Part shown: piece by piece, positions 29,097 to 36,904 of the stretch | How positions within the stretch are numbered: the first letter of the stretch is position 1 | How the letters are laid out: each line of letters starts with the position of its first letter | Assembly (NCBI GenBank): GCA_944341655.1 | Contig: CALVMA010000073.1 | Location: 1 to 36,904 of the forward strand | Direction of reading: 5' to 3' | DNA length: 36,904 nucleotides | Source: an uncultured Clostridia bacterium | GTDB taxonomy: Bacteria > Bacillota > Clostridia > Christensenellales > Borkfalkiaceae | Position numbers and translations under genes: made by a program | The notes under the pieces: model-generated | What the model was told of the DNA's origin: nothing | Seen by the model: the letters and a program-made list of their open reading frames with translations, nothing else | Databases searched by the model: none

Positions 29097-29390
29097 TCAA
29101 AACTCGATGTGCTTGAAATCTTTGCGCGAAGAACGGCGGTACAAAATCACTTTTCTTCCGATCACCGCCACGCAGTCCGCTTGCAGCGAACGGGCAAGCT
29201 CCCCGCCCAAAGTCTTTGCGTCCTCATCCGCGTTCGTCAGCACGTTTACTTTGATCAGCTCGCGCGCTTCCAGTGCGTCCGAAAGCGACCGCACCATGTT
29301 TTCGCCGATCCCGCTCTTCCCGCATTGCGCGATCGGATCGAGATTCGCCGCAATGCTTTTCAGGTTGCTCCTCTGTTTGCTCGTCAGCAT
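29097..29390 (-). CDS. yhbY: YhbY/CRM-domain RNA-binding protein
   Basis: MLTSKQR, GKSG, ARELIKV and IGRKVILYR; AAGGAG RBS. Confidence 0.93.
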   Translation of the reverse strand: MLTSKQRSNLKSIAANLDPIAQCGKSGIGENMVRSLSDALEARELIKVNVLTNADEDAKTLGGELARSLQADCVAVIGRKVILYRRSSRKDFKHIEF

Positions 29391-29428
29391 AAAACTCCTT
29401 TCTTCCCTTCTCTTTCGGGTATTTTCGC

Positions 29429-29463
29429 CCCGCCGCAAAAAGCGATGCGCTTTTTGCGGCGGG
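29429..29463. repeat. 16-bp inverted repeat between obgE and yhbY
   Basis: CCCGCCGCAAAAAGCG-atg-CGCTTTTTGCGGCGGG. Confidence 0.85.
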
Positions 29464-29468
29464 ATTTT

Positions 29469-30743
29469 TTATTCTTTGAACAAAAATTCCACGTCGCCCA
29501 CCACGACCGTGTCGTCCTCGGCCACGCCGCGGCGCTTCAGCTCTTTGATCACGCCCTTGTCCTTGAGCGCTTTCTGAAAATATGCCATCGAATCGGGATC
29601 GGACAATACCACGTTGCGCTCCAGCATGTCCACCAGGCCGCCCGTAACGTACCACACGTTCTCCTCTTCGTCCTTTCCGATGAAAAATTCGTTCACGTCC
29701 GGCGTTTCGTATTCGAACTCCTCCGCGGGGATCGGCTGGGCGGGCGGCAGTGTCTCCAAAACCGCGAAAATTGCGTCGATCAGTTCCTTCGTCCCCTCGC
29801 CCGTCACCGCCGTCACGGGAAACGTCTTGTATTTGCGGCATTTTTTGCGGAATGCCTTTACGTTTTCCTCCGCCCCGAAAACGTCGCATTTGTTGAGAAC
29901 CACCAGCTGCGGCAATCCCGCAAGCTTCGGGCTGTACTCTTTGAGCTCGGCATTGATCTTTTTGAAATCTTCGTACGGATCGCGCCCTTCCGCGCCCGAA
30001 ACGTCCACCACGTGCACCAGCATGCGCGTGCGCTCGATGTGACGCAGAAAATCATGCCCGAGCCCCGCGCCTTGCGCCGCTCCCTCGATCAGCCCCGGGA
30101 TATCCGCCGCCACAAACGACCTTCCGTATTCTTTTACCACTCCCAAATTGGGCGAAAGCGTGGTGAAATGATAGTTCGCGATCTTCGGCCGCGCCGCCGA
30201 TATTTTGGACAGCAGCGTGCTTTTGCCGACGTTCGGAAATCCGATGATCCCGACGTCCGCGATCATTTTCAATTCGAGAATGAGGGTGTGTACCTGCGTT
30301 TTCTGCCCCTTTTGCGCAAAATGCGGCGCATGACGGCGCGCCGTCGTAAAACGCACGTTCCCTTTGCCGCCGTTGCCGCCGCGCGCAAGGAGCTTTTTCT
30401 CCCCGTCCGTGTAAACGTCGCAAAGCACCCTGCCCGTTTCCGCGTCGCGCACCAACGTGCCGAGCGGCACGGAGATCACGACATCCGCCCCGCCTTTGCC
30501 GAAACGGTTGTTCGTTCCGCCGCGCTCCCCGTTTTCCGCCGTGAACTTCCCTCCGTAACGGAAATCGATGAGATCGCCCTTGTCCTTGTCGCCGACAATG
30601 TACACGTCCCCGCCTTTGCCGCCGTCCCCGCCGTCGGGCCCGCCGTTCGCAAAACCTTTGAAACTCTTAAAAGAGTTCATTCCGTCCCCGCCGTCACCCG
30701 ATTTGATTGTGATTTTGACTTTATCCGTAAATAACGATGCCAT
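29469..30743 (-). CDS. obgE: GTPase ObgE/CgtA
   Basis: Gly-rich Obg fold, GFPNVGKS, YHFTT, DIPG, NKCD and a C-terminal OCT-like domain. Confidence 0.97.
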   Translation of the reverse strand: MASLFTDKVKITIKSGDGGDGMNSFKSFKGFANGGPDGGDGGKGGDVYIVGDKDKGDLIDFRYGGKFTAENGERGGTNNRFGKGGADVVISVPLGTLVRDAETGRVLCDVYTDGEKKLLARGGNGGKGNVRFTTARRHAPHFAQKGQKTQVHTLILELKMIADVGIIGFPNVGKSTLLSKISAARPKIANYHFTTLSPNLGVVKEYGRSFVAADIPGLIEGAAQGAGLGHDFLRHIERTRMLVHVVDVSGAEGRDPYEDFKKINAELKEYSPKLAGLPQLVVLNKCDVFGAEENVKAFRKKCRKYKTFPVTAVTGEGTKELIDAIFAVLETLPPAQPIPAEEFEYETPDVNEFFIGKDEEENVWYVTGGLVDMLERNVVLSDPDSMAYFQKALKDKGVIKELKRRGVAEDDTVVVGDVEFLFKE

Positions 30744-30757
30744 AAAATCCTCTCGTT

Positions 30758-31399
30758 TCAATCCTTTTTTTGCTTCGCCGCAAAATAATCACAGCATTTT
30801 GCAAGCGCGCAGGCGGCACAGTCGGGCTTTTGCGAATGACATACTTTCCGCCCGTGCCAGATCAGCCAATGATGCGCTTTTGACCAGTCTTCCTGCGGGA
30901 TCGCCGCCTTGAGCTGCTCCTCCGTCTTCAACGGAGTCGCCGCATGCGCCAGTCCCAGACGGTTGCTCACACGGAAAACATGCGTGTCCACCGCGATGGC
31001 GTCCTTGTCGAACCAGACCGACGACACCACGTTCGCCGTCTTCTGCCCTACCCCTGCCAAAGATTTCAACGCGGAAAAATCCGACGGTACCTGCCCGCCG
31101 AACTTGTCCGCAATATCGCGCGACGCAGACAGTATGTGCGCCGCTTTGCTCTTGTACAAGCCGCAGGAAAATATGTACTTTTCCAGCTCCGCCTGCGAAA
31201 GAGTCAGCATCCTTTCGGGAGTATTGTGTTCCTTGAAAAGCTCCGCCGTGACTTTGTTCACCCGCTCGTCCGTGCACTGCGCGGACAAAATCACCGCCAC
31301 GAGCAGTTCGTAAGCGCTCGTATATTGCAGCGCGGGACGCGCATCCGCATATGTTTCGGATAAAATACGCAAAGCTTGCTCTCTGTTTCGTTCGTCCAT
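30758..31399 (-). CDS. nth: Endonuclease III
   Basis: LSAQCTD, HhH GVGQKTA, VDTHV and the C-x6-C-x2-C-x5-C iron-sulfur motif. Confidence 0.96.
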   Translation of the reverse strand: MDERNREQALRILSETYADARPALQYTSAYELLVAVILSAQCTDERVNKVTAELFKEHNTPERMLTLSQAELEKYIFSCGLYKSKAAHILSASRDIADKFGGQVPSDFSALKSLAGVGQKTANVVSSVWFDKDAIAVDTHVFRVSNRLGLAHAATPLKTEEQLKAAIPQEDWSKAHHWLIWHGRKVCHSQKPDCAACALAKCCDYFAAKQKKD

Positions 31400-31405
31400 G
31401 CCGCT

Positions 31406-31434
31406 ATTTTAACACAAATCCGCGCACAATTCAA
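31406..31434 (-). promoter_or_regulatory. Sigma-A promoter for nth-obgE-yhbY (predicts a leaderless mRNA)
   Basis: TTGAAT-17 nt-TAAAAT with a TGn extension, ending 6 nt before the ATG. Confidence 0.75.
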
Positions 31435-31518
31435 GAATTTTTATGCGCGGCGCAAAAAAATGCCGCCGCCCCGAAAAAACAAGGACGCACCCGTCGGCTT
31501 CACCGCCCGGAGCACTCG

Positions 31519-31776
31519 TCAGACGGGACGGACAAACGTCCTGCCGTAACCGGTCTCCACGCGGAAAAACCCCACAAACGCGGACCGATTGCAGGAGGCC
31601 AGCACAGCTTTCGCGCGCGCAAAGTCAAAAGCGCCGAATTTCGCGGACAACCCGCACCCCACATTGGCTTCGCGCGGCGTGGATACCGCCGCCGCGCATA
31701 TTCCGCAGCTTTTCAGCCGCATGACGTATTCGAGAGTTTGCGCCCTCGAACGGAAAACCGCCAAAATGCCGTTCAT
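31519..31776 (-). CDS. DUF3343-like putative Se/S carrier protein (85 aa)
   Basis: F.S...  and TPRE...GCGLS motifs; AGGAGG RBS; divergent from a cysteine desulfurase. Confidence 0.75.
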   Translation of the reverse strand: MNGILAVFRSRAQTLEYVMRLKSCGICAAAVSTPREANVGCGLSAKFGAFDFARAKAVLASCNRSAFVGFFRVETGYGRTFVRPV

Positions 31777-31820
31777 ACCTTCCTCCTTTGTGTGCCGCAT
31801 GCAACTTTTGTGATCTGCGG

Positions 31821-31857
31821 CATATATTACAATATATGAAGGCGGAGACGCATTTGT
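31821..31857. promoter_or_regulatory. Palindromic pair of sigma-E/K-like -10 boxes
   Basis: CATATATT-ac-AATATATG; the minus strand reads ACAAA-N14-CATATATT. Confidence 0.5.
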
Positions 31858-31922
31858 CTTTACCCAAAAGATTTTGCGCCGCCCGCCGTACCGCCGCCAG
31901 GCAGCAGAAAAAAGGAGGTCGC

Positions 31923-33071
31923 ATGATTTATTTCGACAACGCCGCAACCGGCGGACGCAAACCCGACAGCGTGATCCGCGCCGTCAACGCTTCCCTGCAG
32001 GGCTACTGCGCCAATCCGGGCAGGAGCGGGCACGCGCTTTCGCTCGCCGCCGCTCAGGACGTCCTGCGCACGCGCGAGCTTTTGCGGCGGTTTTTCAACG
32101 CCCCCGACGCCGAACGCGTCATTCTGACCAAAAACTGCACCGAAGCGCTCAACGCCGCCATTTTCGGGCTCATCGGCTCAATAGGCGAGACCCCGCCCCC
32201 GCACATCGTTTCCACCGTCGCGGAGCACAATTCCGTGCTCCGCCCTCTGTTTTTCCTGCAAAAAACAGGAAAAATCCGTCTCACGCTGGTGCCGCTCGAA
32301 CGCGGCAGGATCCGCCCCGAACGCATCGCCGAGGCCGTACGGCCCGACACCGCCGCCGCCGTCTTTACGCTGGCTTCCAACGTCACGGGAACGGGCATCG
32401 ATCCCGAAGCCGTCCGCTCTCTTTTGCCCGAAAACGTCGTCATGATCTGCGACGGCGCGCAGGCGTGCGGACATATCCCGATCGACATGCGCGCCGCGGG
32501 GATCGACGCACTCTGCCTTGCAGGGCACAAAGGCATGCACGGGATCCAGGGAAGCGGAGCCCTGCTCCTTTCCGAACGATTCTCTCCCGCACCTCTTCTC
32601 TATGGCGGCACGGGGAGCGAGAGCTTTAACCCCGACATGCCCGCCTTTTACCCCGACCGCCTGGAAGCGGGCACCCTCTCCTGCCCCGCCGCGGCCGCGC
32701 TCGCCGAAGGCGTACTCTACCTGATCCCCCATTTGCAGAAAATCGGCGCGCACCTGCGCGTCCTGACGGAAACTTTGTGCCGCGGCCTGCGCGCGATCCC
32801 GAATATCCGCGTCTATTCCTCCGCCAACCCGTTCGGCATCGTCGCCTTTTCCTGCGACAACCTGCAATCGGAATTTTTCGCGCAGCGCCTCTCCGACGAG
32901 TACGGGATCGCCGTGCGCGGCGGATTGCACTGCGCCCCGAAAATGCACGAGGCTCTCGGCTCCAAAGACGGGCTCGTGCGCGCAAGCATGAGCGAATTCA
33001 ACACGCTCGCGGAAACGGAACTTTTCCTCTCCGCCGCAAAACAGATCGCCCTCAGTGCGGCAAGCTTTTAA
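31923..33071 (+). CDS. Class V PLP aminotransferase, SufS/CsdA-type cysteine desulfurase or selenocysteine lyase
   Basis: MIYFDNAAT, EHNSV, SNVTG, DGAQ, GHKG, EAGT and RGGLHCA; AGGAGG RBS. Confidence 0.92.
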   Translation: MIYFDNAATGGRKPDSVIRAVNASLQGYCANPGRSGHALSLAAAQDVLRTRELLRRFFNAPDAERVILTKNCTEALNAAIFGLIGSIGETPPPHIVSTVAEHNSVLRPLFFLQKTGKIRLTLVPLERGRIRPERIAEAVRPDTAAAVFTLASNVTGTGIDPEAVRSLLPENVVMICDGAQACGHIPIDMRAAGIDALCLAGHKGMHGIQGSGALLLSERFSPAPLLYGGTGSESFNPDMPAFYPDRLEAGTLSCPAAAALAEGVLYLIPHLQKIGAHLRVLTETLCRGLRAIPNIRVYSSANPFGIVAFSCDNLQSEFFAQRLSDEYGIAVRGGLHCAPKMHEALGSKDGLVRASMSEFNTLAETELFLSAAKQIALSAASF

Positions 33072-33080
33072 TTTCGCGGT

Positions 33081-33132
33081 TTCTTCGCAGGACGTGCAAA
33101 ACGCGGAGACGTTTTGCACGTCCTGCGAAGAA
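33081..33132. terminator. Perfect 23-bp inverted repeat after the desulfurase gene
   Basis: TTCTTCGCAGGACGTGCAAAACG-6 nt-CGTTTTGCACGTCCTGCGAAGAA; no plus-strand U-tract. Confidence 0.55.
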
Positions 33133-33171
33133 CGGCAGAGCCGCTTGCCGCCTGTTGCGCCGAAAAATAAT

Positions 33172-33213
33172 AAAAAAGCCGCCCTGCGCCGCAATGTTTT
33201 GCGGCGCAGGGCG
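33172..33213 (-). terminator. Intrinsic terminator of the 92-aa gene
   Basis: 15-bp stem CGCCCTGCGCCGCAA/TTGCGGCGCAGGGCG followed by GCTTTTTT on the minus strand. Confidence 0.75.
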
Positions 33214-33218
33214 AACGG

Positions 33219-33497
33219 TCACATCTTTTTGAGTTTTTTGACGATCTGCTCCAGCTTTTTGCGCTTTGCCCCGTCCAGCATGGGCGCCACGGCGCGGTAA
33301 AAATTATCCAGCTCCGCATCGGTAAGCGTTCCCGCTTTCCTGCCCCGCTCCGCCTCCTGATAAATGGCGCGCAGAATATCCGCTTCCCCTTTCCCTTCAA
33401 ATGCCCGCGCGATCGTATTCGCCGTGTCCTGCACGTTGGACGGGATACCGCCCGTTTTTCCTTTGGAATTTTTTACGAAATCGTTAAAATCCTGCAT
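33219..33497 (-). CDS. Hypothetical protein (92 aa, probably helical; possibly sporulation-related)
   Basis: GGAGGTG RBS before MQDFNDF; has its own terminator. Confidence 0.8.
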   Translation of the reverse strand: MQDFNDFVKNSKGKTGGIPSNVQDTANTIARAFEGKGEADILRAIYQEAERGRKAGTLTDAELDNFYRAVAPMLDGAKRKKLEQIVKKLKKM

Positions 33498-33507
33498 AAG
33501 CACCTCC

Positions 33508-33554
33508 GAAAAAGATTGCACATTGCCATAGTATGCGCGGGAGGCGGTTTTTGC
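33508..33554. promoter_or_regulatory. Overlapping divergent sigma-E-like promoters
   Basis: Plus strand GAAAA-N14-CATAGTAT; minus strand GCAAA-N14-CATACTAT; both use 33527-33535. Confidence 0.5.
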
Positions 33555-33576
33555 CCCTCCGCAAGGAGATATCGTT

Positions 33577-34020
33577 ATGGAAATCCTCTTTCTCTTGCTG
33601 CTGTTCGCGGCGGCAAATTCCGAAAACAAAGCCGCCCTCGCGCGGCTTCGCCCGATCGCCGCTTTCCTCGAAAGCGGCGATCTGAAAAAACTGTCCGAAA
33701 GTGAACAATTCCGCCGTATGCGCATCGGAAACGCCGAAGGCAAAGACCTCCTCTCGGCGCTGGAAACCATTCAGCTCATCGCGCGCAACGCCGAAGAACT
33801 CAAATCGCTCGCCGACGGGAAAACGCCCGACTTACATAAACTCGCCGAACTGTTCCCGACAGGCGGAACACAGGGACTGGGCATGCTGGCAAACCTTTTC
33901 GGCACGGCAAACAGATCCGAATCCCGTTCTTCCCGGCAAGATTCCGCCGTCTCGCTCGCGCCCGTCGCCAACATCGCCGACAAGGAGATCGTCTACGCCC
34001 TCAACCGCTATTTCTCCTGA
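33577..34020 (+). CDS. Hypothetical protein (147 aa, short hydrophobic N-terminus)
   Basis: AAGGAG RBS; MEILFLLLLFAAA...; C-terminal LAPVANIADKEIVYALNRYF. Confidence 0.75.
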   Translation: MEILFLLLLFAAANSENKAALARLRPIAAFLESGDLKKLSESEQFRRMRIGNAEGKDLLSALETIQLIARNAEELKSLADGKTPDLHKLAELFPTGGTQGLGMLANLFGTANRSESRSSRQDSAVSLAPVANIADKEIVYALNRYFS

Positions 34021-34143
34021 CCTTTCCGCATACGGGCGCTTGCGCGCCGCGGGCGGGGTCTGTTCCGCCTCACGATAAAAACGGGCAAAACTTGTTTGCC
34101 GCGCGGCAAAACCGCGGGGAAAACCTTTCGCCATACGCAAAGA

Positions 34144-34175
34144 GCGGCGGGCGGCAAAATTCTGCCGCCCGCCGC
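34144..34175. terminator. 13-bp hairpin between convergent genes
   Basis: GCGGCGGGCGGCA-aaattc-TGCCGCCCGCCGC. Confidence 0.5.
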
Positions 34176-34224
34176 CCGCGGGTTTAGCACGATTTTCGCG
34201 CATCGAAACTTTCCGCAAAAGCTG

Positions 34225-35727
34225 TCAGACAATGGAACGCAGGATTTCGTCCAGCTCGGGATCCGTGTATTCGCCGTTGGACTCCGCCCGGACGGCGATC
34301 GCGCCGTCGTCCGTTGTAATGCCCTTGTCGTGTATGCTCACCCCGTTCGGCCAATATATCTGCGCCGTCGTGAGTTTTGCCGCTTCCCCCGTCCCTCGGT
34401 TATAAAAATAGGACTGCATGATCCCTTTCCCGTACGTTTTCGCCGCGCCGTCCCACGTTTTCTGAATGCCGCTCTCCGTCAGTTTCGTCTGCGGCGTGTC
34501 CGTCAGGAAAATATCCGAATAGGAAATCGTGCCGTAACTGATCATGGCTCCCAGAAGCGCTTCGGACGCCGACGCCGTATTCGAATTCGCCGCCGCATAA
34601 ATTTTCTTGCCCGAAAAATACGTTCCGTAATCGTTCCCGCCCGACAAAAACACATCCTGGCGCCCGCTCTTGTATTTCGCCGTCAGCACGGGCGCATGTT
34701 CCTGCTGCGCGTTTTTCATCAGGTGCGATGCGATCTTTTGCAACACAGACAAACTTCCTCCGCCGTTGTTCCTCAGATCCAGAAGAAGGTTCGTCTTTCC
34801 GTCCGCGGAAAACTGCTCGAGCGCACGCGAAAATTCTTCCGCCGCACCCGCGTTGAACTCCACGAGCTTCAGGTACGCCGCATCGCCCGACACCTTTTCA
34901 TCCGCCGACACATACGCCGAAACGTCCGTCCAGCTCCCCTTGTCCGTGCTGCTCGCATACGTGTACGCCCACGCCTTTCCGTCCGCCGCATACAGTACGT
35001 AGCTCTCCACATATTCGTTCAGTTTTACCGCAACCGCCGTGCTCCGCGCTTCGGCAAGCTGGCTTGCCTCCGACACTTCCTCCACCGTAAACCGCAGCCA
35101 CACCGTGTCGCCCGACTCGTACTTCGAAAGCTCGTCCGCAGGCGCCTCGGCGCCGAATACGTCCGCAAGCGCATTCTCCGACGCCCCCACGCCCGTCACG
35201 TACAACCCCGTCTCAATGGGAAAATCCGCATCCTTCGACGCATAAAACGCGGGAGAGTTCAGCGCCACGCGCACCACCTTGTTCGTACCCGAAAAGAAGG
35301 ACAGACCGATCCCGTCCATCAGCCCGTAATTGGAATTGACGACGCTGTCGTATTCGTCCGCCGTCAGATACTCGGAATACGGATCGAGGCTCGCCGATAC
35401 GCCGTCCAGCGCCGCTTGCCAGAAATCTTCGTCCGAAACGTCCTTGTAATATTCCGACTGCACCTGCTCCTTAAACCACAAAAGCGAACGCAGCCCGTCG
35501 TCGTAAAAGAAGCGGGCGCAATACAGCCCGATCACGAACGCCAGCACGACCGCCGCTGCCGCCACCAATGCGTTTACAATTTTTTTTGTCTTCGCCTTGC
35601 TTTCCGCCCCGCCTTTCGGCGTGCCGCCCGCGGGCGGCACGCCCGCCCCGCTTTGCTGCGTGTTTTGCGGTACGTCGTCAAAAAAATCGTCCTGACGCCC
35701 GCCGTCGTTTTTGTCAAAATCCGACAT
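34225..35727 (-). CDS. S41 family C-terminal processing peptidase, membrane anchored
   Basis: TM helix, LDPYSEY, GIGL PDZ-like start, DLRNNGGG, TASASE and YGKG; AAGGAG RBS before MSDFDK. Confidence 0.92.
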   Translation of the reverse strand: MSDFDKNDGGRQDDFFDDVPQNTQQSGAGVPPAGGTPKGGAESKAKTKKIVNALVAAAAVVLAFVIGLYCARFFYDDGLRSLLWFKEQVQSEYYKDVSDEDFWQAALDGVSASLDPYSEYLTADEYDSVVNSNYGLMDGIGLSFFSGTNKVVRVALNSPAFYASKDADFPIETGLYVTGVGASENALADVFGAEAPADELSKYESGDTVWLRFTVEEVSEASQLAEARSTAVAVKLNEYVESYVLYAADGKAWAYTYASSTDKGSWTDVSAYVSADEKVSGDAAYLKLVEFNAGAAEEFSRALEQFSADGKTNLLLDLRNNGGGSLSVLQKIASHLMKNAQQEHAPVLTAKYKSGRQDVFLSGGNDYGTYFSGKKIYAAANSNTASASEALLGAMISYGTISYSDIFLTDTPQTKLTESGIQKTWDGAAKTYGKGIMQSYFYNRGTGEAAKLTTAQIYWPNGVSIHDKGITTDDGAIAVRAESNGEYTDPELDEILRSIV

Positions 35728-35755
35728 ATCCGTCTCCTTTGAAATCTCCCTTTTT

Positions 35756-36166
35756 CTAAAACGTTTCGCCTTCCCGTCCCGGCTCATACCAGGGCAGAGG
35801 CATGAGATCGCCCAGCCGCACGATCTTTTGCGGCGATTCCGCGGCAAGAAACCCCGCTTCCGCGTTCTCCGCGGAAAGCTGCAGCAAAAATTCGCGGCAG
35901 GCGCCGCACGGCGGCAGAGGCGCCCCGTTTTCGTCCACGCAGACTATGCGCCGCACCGTCCGCTCGCCGTCCGTCACCATCGCCGCAGCCGCACTCCTTT
36001 CCGCACAAAAGCCAAGCCCGCAGGCAAGATCGATGTTCACTCCCGCATAATATTTTCCGTTCGCGCCTTCCAGCACCGCCGCCACAAAACCCGTCGAATC
36101 GTATTTTCCCAACCGAACGGGATTCAGTTTCGACCGCGCATACGCGAGCATGTCCCTGTACGTCAT
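35756..36166 (-). CDS. Homotetrameric-type cytidine deaminase family protein
   Basis: GVN, CAE and PCGACRE zinc motifs; GAGGGG RBS before MTYRD. Confidence 0.9.
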   Translation of the reverse strand: MTYRDMLAYARSKLNPVRLGKYDSTGFVAAVLEGANGKYYAGVNIDLACGLGFCAERSAAAAMVTDGERTVRRIVCVDENGAPLPPCGACREFLLQLSAENAEAGFLAAESPQKIVRLGDLMPLPWYEPGREGETF

Positions 36167-36325
36167 AGTTTTCCCCTCTTTTTTGATTTTTATATGGGCA
36201 GTCCGCTTTCCGCGCCCGCTTCGCCGGCCGGCTCTTCCCCCGCAGGCGCCTTTCCGCCGCGTTCCGACCGTGCGCTCCTCACGCCGCTTTTTCAAGTTTC
36301 CCGCCCGAAAGTTTTATTTGAAAAC

Positions 36326-36365
36326 GGCACCCGCCCGAACCGAACCGTCGGTACGGGCGGGTGCC
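36326..36365 (-). terminator. Probable terminator hairpin after the malic enzyme gene
   Basis: GGCACCCGCCCG...CGGGCGGGTGCC with an inner stem, followed by GTTTT on the minus strand. Confidence 0.6.
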
Positions 36366-36409
36366 TTTACCTGCCGTCCCAAAACCTGCTTTGTTCCGGC
36401 TTCCCTATT

Positions 36410-36465
36410 CGAAAAATTTTCCCTTTCGGGCAAAAAAACCATTCCGAAAAATTTTCCCCTTTCGG
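36410..36465. repeat. 20/21-bp direct repeat, two copies
   Basis: CGAAAAATTTTCCCTTTCGG (36410-36429) and CGAAAAATTTTCCCCTTTCGG (36445-36465). Confidence 0.8.
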
Positions 36466-36904
36466 TCAGATGCGGGCGATCCCCTCGCGCCGTGCCTGCT
36501 CCGCCACCGCTTTTGCCACCGCTTTTGCCACGCGCGGATCGAACGCCGAAGGAATGATGTTGTCGCGGGTAAGATCTTTTCCCACCAGCTCCGCCAACGC
36601 GCGGGCGGCCGCCACTTTCATGCCCTCGCTGATATCTTTTGCGCGCACGTCCAGCGCTCCGCGGAATACGCCCGGAAACGCCAGCACGTTGTTGATCTGG
36701 TTGGGGAAATCGCTCCTGCCCGTGCCGACGACAAACGCCCCCGCTTCCAGCGCTTCCTGCGGATAGATCTCCGGCTCGGGATTCGCCATCGCGAATAGGA
36801 TGCTCTTTTCCGCCATGCTCCTGACCATTTCCTGCGTCAGCTGTTTGGGCTTGGATACGCCGATGAAAACGTCCGCTCCCCTCACGGCATCCTGCAAAGT
36901 ACCG
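36466..36904 (-). CDS. NAD(P)-dependent malic enzyme, 3' part (truncated by the window edge)
   Basis: ADVFIGVS, FAMANPEPEI and GTGRSDFPNQINNVLAFPGVFRGALD. Confidence 0.93.
   Translation of the reverse strand, partial: GTLQDAVRGADVFIGVSKPKQLTQEMVRSMAEKSILFAMANPEPEIYPQEALEAGAFVVGTGRSDFPNQINNVLAFPGVFRGALDVRAKDISEGMKVAAARALAELVGKDLTRDNIIPSAFDPRVAKAVAKAVAEQARREGIARI

Noticed and set aside
36505-36531. Tandem CGCTTTTGCCAC repeat
   Set aside because: It simply encodes the ordinary VAKAVAKAV helix of malic enzyme.

Overview
This is a GC-rich housekeeping region from a Bacillota/Clostridia-type chromosome; gene order and protein style suggest an uncultured gut clostridium such as Christensenellales (inference). 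Almost all genes are on the minus strand. In coordinate order: rlmN, rsmB, fmt, def, priA, rpoZ, yloC, ligA, pcrA, a hypothetical gene, rpsU, an AT-richer lipoprotein gene, hinT, mtaB, rsmE, prmA, dnaJ, dnaK, grpE and hrcA (with a CIRCE operator). An approximately 800-bp ORF-poor gap follows. Then come deoC, pdp, a small membrane gene, rsfS, a nadD-yqeK fusion, a membrane protein gene, a PHP gene, yhbY, obgE, nth, a divergent DUF3343/cysteine desulfurase pair, two divergent small hypothetical genes, an S41 peptidase, a cytidine deaminase and the 3' end of a malic enzyme. I see no CRISPR array, tRNA, rRNA, transposase, integrase or phage gene. The best novelty candidate is in the hrcA-deoC gap: a self-contained approximately 80-nt minus-strand transcription unit (sigma-A promoter, upstream palindrome, 18-bp terminator stem, no ORF on that strand). 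Its unpaired part reads like the antisense of a ribosome-binding site plus AUG, and it lies next to an approximately 11-bp-period degenerate repeat array. Other oddities are an N-terminally extended DeoC, absence of gmk/remA/coaBC from their usual cluster, substitutions in normally near-invariant motifs, many long perfect palindromes sharing a GCAAA/TTTGC core, overlapped divergent sporulation-type promoters and an apparently leaderless nth. All calls come from reading the sequence; no searches or computations were run.
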